Shown in pieces: positions 20,849-26,175 of a DNA stretch of 26,175 nt. Position numbers and translations under genes: made by a program. The first letter of the stretch is position 1. The number at the start of each line of letters is the position of its first letter. This DNA is from Pseudogymnoascus verrucosus (taxonomy: Eukaryota). The notes under the pieces were generated by a model. That model searched no databases. It was not told the origin of the DNA and saw only the letters and a program-made list of their open reading frames with translations. Location: the NCBI GenBank assembly GCA_001662655.1, contig KV460249.1; one strand, written 5' to 3'.

Positions 20849-21213
20849 ACAATTCACAATTCACAATTCACAATTCAACAATCCAATTGTGTGCTGTTGA
20901 TTGCACTATTTGGCACTGGCAGTAAAATACAGGTACTTTCGGCACTGTGCTCCACTGTACATACGCTATTTTAACTCGCTGGAATTCAACTGGACACGCT
21001 GGGAATTTCTGCATCCTGCACCGCTGCCCTGCTCACACCCAGCGCTGCCCTGCTCACACCCAGCGCTGCCCTGTTCAACCCACAGCACCAAACCTCCGCC
21101 AACCGACGTTCAAACAGGGCCCCAGGAACAATTCACAGCTCAAGACCAATCAACCCCTATCGAAAATACGCATACGACCACATTTACACTCTACTCTACT
21201 CTACTCTACTCTA
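20849..21213. repeat. Micro/minisatellites: (ACAATTC)4, 21-bp CGCTGCCCTGCTCACACCCAG x2.5, (CTCTA)5
   Basis: Read directly at 20849-20876, 21022-21073 and 21189-21213. Confidence 0.88.
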
Positions 21214-21827
21214 CGCTACGGGCTACGGAGAGTCCACACTTTACTCTACTCTCTACTACTACCAAACCGCACCACTACTACCAACCACACCACACACCCC
21301 AAACCTTCAAACCACACCACACCTTCAATCCTTCCCTCCTTCCCCCAATTCAACTTCACTTCTTTCGAATTTTTAAAATCCTCCCTCCCACCACCAATCC
21401 TTAGGGAATATATGATTCCTGTCCATCGATTCCCATCTGGGGCTATCATACTATTTTAATAGATCCGTTTCTGTTTCTACTACGACCTACTACTACTACT
21501 ACTGCTACTTACTACTCCTTGCTATACATACTACACTACGTACAACTTGCAACACTACTTCTATACTGCACTACTACTCTTGCATCCCGAATTCAACCAC
21601 CCAAAAAAGCTATCAACGACTCTTTATGACGACAGACCGGCCTTAATATTCCATCTATATTAATTCGAAGAAATTGCCCAAGACGGCTTGCCATCGATCC
21701 TGCTGTTCCACCATCCAGACGCCCTGAACAAAAGTTGGCCGTCTTTTTGGAGACACACTTCACTTCAACACCCACACCACACCCTTTGCTACCCGCACGC
21801 ACCGGTGCTGCTGCAAATTATATATAA

Positions 21828-24800
21828 ATGGCTTCCTCGCGGTCAGAGCACCCTTCACTGGGATACCTACCGCCGTCAATGATGCTCCAACCTCGCTCGG
21901 GCTCATCCACAGGGAACACATCGCCCATCGAGCTACCCAATTCCTCCTCCGCTAGATCTCCCTTCGGCAACCCACCTGGCCTGACCTCAGTCGGCAAGAT
22001 GGCCGGCAATTCGCGCTCTGGAGCTGGCTCTCCATCGCACGAGCTTGGTAGTGCCAGCAGGCTGTTCTCAAAGAGGTATTAACACCGCTGCTCTCCCCAT
22101 CCTAGTCGTCCTGACGAGAAAAAAAATTATGTGTGCTGACAATCTGCTCTCAACAGGGCTCGCGAGATCCAGGCACAAGGGGGCGTCCCGGTCAATGTCT
22201 GGGGACCACCGACCAGCGGGAACTCGACTCCGCTCCGTGAGAATATCCCCGAATCCCCGACGGATGGCTTCCCGGATTACATACAGCTGCCGACCCCCGA
22301 GAGCCTGCCGCAGGGCCGTCGTGCGAGAGCAGGGACGGTGCCGTCTCGGTTCGCTCCCGGCGCTCCGCTGGGAGGACTGGGTGGACTGTCGTCTCTCGGA
22401 TCGAAGACGTCTCGTCCGTCGCCGTCACCGAGTCCTTACAAGTCTCCCTCGCCTGGCTTGGGCGAGATTGGAGATCACAGCTCGGCGTCGAACAATGCGG
22501 CGCTGCTGTCCCGTCTCAGGGCTGGATCAGTACCGCAGCACATCTCCAACTTCTCGTCGACGACACAGTCGGGCAGCGGTCCGTTCGGACCGTCTGTCTT
22601 CTCTACAAACTGGACTTCGGGACGGGAGAGGACGTCTACGCTGGCAAGCATTGCGAGTCTAGGATCGAACGGGCCGAATTCTCCCACGCAGTCTTCGTTC
22701 TCCAAGGAAGGCACTGGCGAGAACGATATGCAGATGAGGACGCTGGATTACCTCGGACTCGCAGACACGCCGCAGCCTCCGAGGGCTACGCTTGCTGCTA
22801 ACCCGTTCTTGGCGAACATGATCGATGCGAACAGACAGGCCAGCCGATTCCGCTCGTACTCGGTGAACGCAACAGAGAAGTACGCTGATGAGGAGGAGGA
22901 CGACTATGGTACTGGGAGCATGACACCGTACGAGGCACACCAGGCGCGTCTGCAGTATGAGGTTGCGCAGACACATGCTGCGATCCAGCAGCACAATCTT
23001 GCTGTGCAGGCGTTCGCCAACCAAGCGTCGACGAATCGCCCTCGTGCGAGAACCGCGGGTGTTCTTGAGTCGCCCGGACCAAGAGGCCTTCTGCGGAACT
23101 ACTACCCCTCCTCTCGTCTGGAGAACAGCATTAGCGTAGCTGATCTCAGGGACTCGGCCGAGTACGACGGCTTGCCAGAGGCAGTCCAGGCGCTAAACCT
23201 GGGCTACACCAACGGCCAGACTAGCTCGACCCATCTCACAGCCGACGAAGCCAATCTGGAAGGACCGACCCGCGCCCTGTGGCTCGGCAGCATTCCGTCA
23301 TCGACCACGACCTCGACCCTGACGGAAATGTTCAAGTCCCACGGCGCCATCATCTCGGCCAGAGTCCTGACGCACAAGAATTGTGGGTTTGTCAACTTTG
23401 AGCGCCTCGAGAGTGCCATCTCGGCAAAGGCGATGATGAACGGAAAGGAGATCTTCCCCGGTGCTGGACCCGTCAGGATCAACTTCGCCAAGCCACCGTC
23501 TTCTAACGGCACACCGGGTCACGATGGCGCTTTCCCATCTCCATCTCCTGATCCATTCTCCCAGGGCCAGGAGAACGGGAGCAGATCCCGCAACGGCACC
23601 CCCGCAAACGCCGGGGCTATTTCTCGTCCAAGCACCACACCCCCTACCGTTCCGCGCCTCCAAGACATGCGCAGCGAGATCCTCAGCATCGTCAAGGACT
23701 TCAGCGCCACAGACGAGGAGAGGCAGAAGATCGACGTGATCCTCCAGCAAGCCCTCCAATACGACGGCTACGACAACGACATCCCCCCCGTCGCCGAGCC
23801 CTCCCTGAACCGCATCCACGACGCCCCGAAACTCCGCGACATCCGCAAGCGCATCGACAACAACAGCTGGTCGCAGTCCGAGATCGAGAATATCGCCATG
23901 GAGATGCTTCCCGAGGTCGCGGAGCTCTCCTCCGACTACCTCGGCAACACTGTCGTGCAGAAGCTGTTCGAGTTCTGCTCCGACCCGGTTAGGGATGCCA
24001 TGCTCGCCGAGATCGTCCCGCACATGGCTGAAATCGGCGTCCACAAGAACGGCACCTGGGCTGCGCAGAAGATCATCGACGTCTGCCGTCTCCCGACCCA
24101 GATGTCCTCAATCGTCGAAGCCGTCCGCCCTTACACCGTCCCGCTCTTCCTAGACCAGTTCGGGAATTATGTCCTCCAGTGCTGTCTCCGCTTCGGGTCG
24201 CCATACAACGATTTCATCTTCGAGATCATGCTTACCAAGATGTGGGAGATTGCGCAGGGACGGTATGGGTCCAGAGCTATGCGCGCGTGTTTGGAGAGTC
24301 ACCATGCTACGAGGGAGCAGCAGCGCATTCTGGCGGCGGCGATTGCGCTTAATAGCGTCCAGTTGGCGGCTAATGCTAATGGAGCCCTTCTGCTCACTTG
24401 GCTCCTCGATACGTGTACCTTCCCCCAGCGCCGCACTGTGCTAGCGCCGCGCCTGGTTCCGCATTTGGTGCACCTCTGCACGCACAAGGTGGCGTACCTC
24501 ACAGTCCTGAAAGTGATCAACCAGCGCAACGAGCCCGAGGCACGTGATATCATCTTAGAAGCCCTCTTCTTCTCCCCCGACAACAAAGTCCTGGAAGACA
24601 TCCTAACCGACCACATCTGCGGCCCAACGCTCATCTTCAAGGTCCTCACCACCCCCTTCTTCGACGAGAACATCCGCGCACAGGTCGTCGAGAATATCCG
24701 CAGCGTCCTGGTGAAACTCAAGGCTCAGCCGGGTCAGGGATACAAGAGGTTGATGGATGAAGTAGGCCTGCCTACCCGTAACGGCAGCACGGGACCGAGG

Positions 24801-24923
24801 GAACACACGCATTCCCAGGAGCGCGCGCCGAGATCTGCGCCGCAGACTCAGGGTCAGACGAATGGTGGCGGTGGTGGCGGTGGACAGCAGCAGCAGCAAC
24901 ATCACCATGCGGATCTGCGCCAA

Positions 24924-24955
<32 letters not shown>

Positions 24956-25472
24956 CTCCCCACAACCGCAACATCACATCCACCAGCAACAACACCAGCA
25001 ACAGCAGCAGCAGCAGTCTCTCCCCCAACAGCAGCAACAACAGCAGTACTCACAATACTACACCCAACAACCCACTCTCCCCCTCCCCCTCCCCCATCCA
25101 GCATACGACATGCAACGCACACCCTCTCTCGAACCGCTCCCCTACCCCTCTCCCTACTCGCTCCCGCAGTCCTTCGGCGCCGTCCCTATGCCAGCGGGCT
25201 ATAACCAGCTCCTTGTTAGGGGGGCGCCGGTGGGGATGCAGGGGATGGGCGTTGGTGGGTTCGGGGGTTACCCGTATCAGGCTTCGCCGGCTGGGGGGTT
25301 GGGAGGGTTAGGACAGCTGGGGGGGTTGGGACAGATTGGACAGATGGGCGGACAGATTGGTGGGGGAATGGGTCAGTTTGGCGGGGTTTATGGGTATGCC
25401 GGGCAGCAGCCGGTGGGGGGACAGGTTGGGCAGGGGGGGTATGGGGGGCAGGAGCAGGGGAGGAGGGGGAGG
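21828..25472 (+). CDS. JSN1: JSN1/PUF1-PUF2-like RNA-binding protein (RRM plus Pumilio repeats, polyQ and Gly/Gln tail). Exons 21828-22075, 22157-~25472; 3' end unresolved
   Basis: Intron 22076-22156 joins RLFSK-R-AREIQAQ in frame with the 1080-aa ORF. RRM: GPTRALWLGSIP...HKNCGFVNFE...VRINFAK. PUF repeats: SSDYLGNTVVQKL, HKNGTWAAQKII, DQFGNYVLQCCL, GRYGSRAMRACLE, NANGALLLTWLLD, HKVAYLTVLKVI. A likely GTGAGT donor at 25473 precedes an N gap. Confidence 0.9.
24885..25046 (+). repeat. CAG/CAA trinucleotide tracts encoding polyQ in JSN1
   Basis: Several CAG/CAA runs translated as Q tracts interspersed with His/Pro. Confidence 0.9.
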
Positions 25473-25487
25473 GTGAGTTTTATTTCC

Positions 25488-25894
25488 NNNNNNNNNNNNN
25501 NNNNNNNNNNNNNNNNNNNNNNNNNNNNNNNNNNNNNNNNNNNNCCGCCTTTTGCTCACGCCAGTCGCCCCGCTCGCTAGGCTTGCCGGCTTAAACAACT
25601 TGTTTCGGCTCCATTTCGCATCCGCGATGGATGGATTCAGATGGGGTTCTTTTTAAAAATAACTGTATTTTTCACACTTTGAAGGTGGTGCATGGCACAT
25701 CCTTTTTTTTGTAGGAGTTCTTTTTGAGAGGTTTAGGGGTGGGGAAGGAGTTTTTGTTCTGAGTTTTTTTTGTGNNNNNNNNNNNNNNNNNNNNNNNNNN
25801 NNNNNNNNNNNNNNNNNNNNNNNNNNNNNNNNNNNNNNNNNNNNNNNNNNNNNNNNNNNNNNNNNNNNNNNNNNNNNNNNNNNNNNNNNNNNNN
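25488..25894. other. Two assembly gaps (N runs at 25488-25544 and 25775-25894)
   Basis: Runs of n, flanked by G-rich low-complexity sequence. Confidence 0.99.
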
Positions 25895-26175
25895 TTGGAT
25901 GGATGGGTGGATGGATGGGGGGATTGAGGGATATGAGGGGGGGTATGAGGGGATTGTGGGATTATATGAGATTGATAGGATGTAGTACAGATCAGGAGTG
26001 AAAGGGGAGGTTATACATTTATACATGCATCATTGTCCTATATTTTCTTCTTCTGAGAGAAACCGAGTGGGAGAGTGGGAAATTTTCATGACGTTTTTTA
26101 CACTTCTTTCTTTCTTTCTTTCTCCCCTTTATCCTCCGCCTTTTGTGGATTATGGAGAGAGGGGGGGGGGGGGGG

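Noticed and set aside
19958..21073. Spaced direct repeats as a CRISPR-like array
   Set aside because: Eukaryotic context, only 2-3 copies each, no unique spacers, no cas genes.
18201..21459. Numerous 60-170 aa ORFs in the VPS72-JSN1 interval
   Set aside because: Mostly non-ATG starts running through microsatellites; no domain motifs or consistent codon pattern.
25473..25580. ORF-track C-terminus of JSN1 read through the N gap
   Set aside because: Gap length is only an estimate and the region probably contains an intron.

Overview
Gene-dense eukaryotic DNA from a filamentous ascomycete (Pezizomycotina-type short GT-AG introns with CTAAC/CTGAC branch points). Nine protein-coding genes were reconstructed by hand with in-frame splicing: a DAL5-like MFS permease (runs off the left edge), a fungal PARP (BRCT-WGR-regulatory-catalytic), a CUE-like/AlkB/GRF-zinc-finger dioxygenase, HAS1 helicase, an epoxide hydrolase ending in SKL, ALG8, an EMP47/ERGIC-53-like lectin, VPS72/YL1 and a JSN1/PUF2-like RRM-Pumilio protein (3' end obscured by an N gap). 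Non-coding features: a 427-bp TA-flanked pogo/Fot1-like MITE inserted into an older tandem repeat, a perfect 26-bp-stem hairpin bounded by TTAA, and a 4.3-kb repeat-rich divergent intergenic region with a dense GTAC cluster. Most genes right of ~5.6 kb show a strong C-rich to G-rich switch at synonymous sites. No clearly new multi-gene system is demonstrable. The best leads are the CUE-AlkB-GRF protein next to PARP, the codon polarity and the two non-autonomous elements. All family assignments rest on motif recognition, not database searches.
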